Part shown: positions 63,797 through 64,000 of the stretch, one piece after another
How the letters are laid out: every line of letters starts with the position of its first letter
Numbering within the stretch: the stretch's first letter is position 1
Source: Raillietiella orientalis
Taxonomy: Eukaryota
Direction: 5' to 3'
Assembly: GCA_036172245.1 (NCBI GenBank)
Contig: JAYWIR010000029.1
Span: forward strand, 310,001 to 374,000
DNA length: 64,000 nucleotides
Made by a program: the position numbers and the translations under genes
Notes under the pieces: generated by a model
The model's input: the letters and a program-made list of their open reading frames with translations, nothing else
Database searches by the model: none
Told to the model about the DNA's origin: nothing

Positions 63797-63936
63797 AGCT
63801 TTGTGCACGAGCGTTTTCGTGGGCGAGGAAAGCTATTGAGCCGTGATTATAGCTAGTTGAAAACTTTATCCAATGCTTCGCCAAGGCAGTGACTGATATC
63901 ACTGCCTCGGCAAATTTGGCGTGCCCTAGTGGGCAA
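63797..63936 (+). ncRNA. U4: U4 spliceosomal snRNA (divergent variant)
   Basis: Starts AGCTTTGTGCA; kink-turn 5' stem-loop with tandem GA/GA; GATTATAGCTAGTTGAAAACTTTATCCAAT core; 3' stem-loop GCCAAGGCAGTGA/TCACTGCCTCGGC; Sm site AAATTTGG; terminal hairpin TGCCC-TAGT-GGGCA; ~140 nt. Confidence 0.92.
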
Positions 63937-64000
63937 ATAAATTACTAAGAACAGTGCTTCGTGAATTGTAAATTGCGAAGTGTTTCGTGTTTGTTAAAAA

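Noticed and set aside
63880..63930. Hairpin followed by CTAG|T, like a Helitron 3' end
   Set aside because: Fully explained by the U4 3' stem-loop, Sm site and terminal hairpin.
1..64000. Prokaryotic systems (CRISPR arrays, operons, defence islands); numerous 10-20 nt A/T runs as retro-tails
   Set aside because: The sequence is intron-containing animal DNA with no repeat-spacer arrays; homopolymer runs are ubiquitous here and lack TSDs.

Overview
AT-rich eukaryotic (animal) genomic DNA with many 40-55 nt introns and TTTCAG/TTTTAG acceptors, i.e. nematode-like gene structure (taxon is an inference). Five spliced protein genes were assembled by hand: the first coding exon of p70 S6 kinase (- strand, rest runs off the left edge); a secreted three-VWC chordin-like gene (+, ~20.8-38.9 kb); an unusual MsrB (-); ALG2 (+); and WDR70/gad-1 (-), whose stop codon lies only 3 bp from the ALG2 stop. 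Near the right edge are a 5'-truncated L1/Tx1-type non-LTR insertion with a 16-bp target-site duplication and a divergent U4 snRNA gene. Non-coding DNA holds decayed RTE/Penelope/pogo-like relics, a GC-rich island, a 95-bp near-perfect inverted repeat and smaller hairpins. I found no clearly new multi-gene system. The best leads are the rewired MsrB cysteines, the chordin-like gene, the variant U4, the overlapping ALG2/WDR70 3' ends and the intronic foldback. All family calls are from motif recognition, not database searches.
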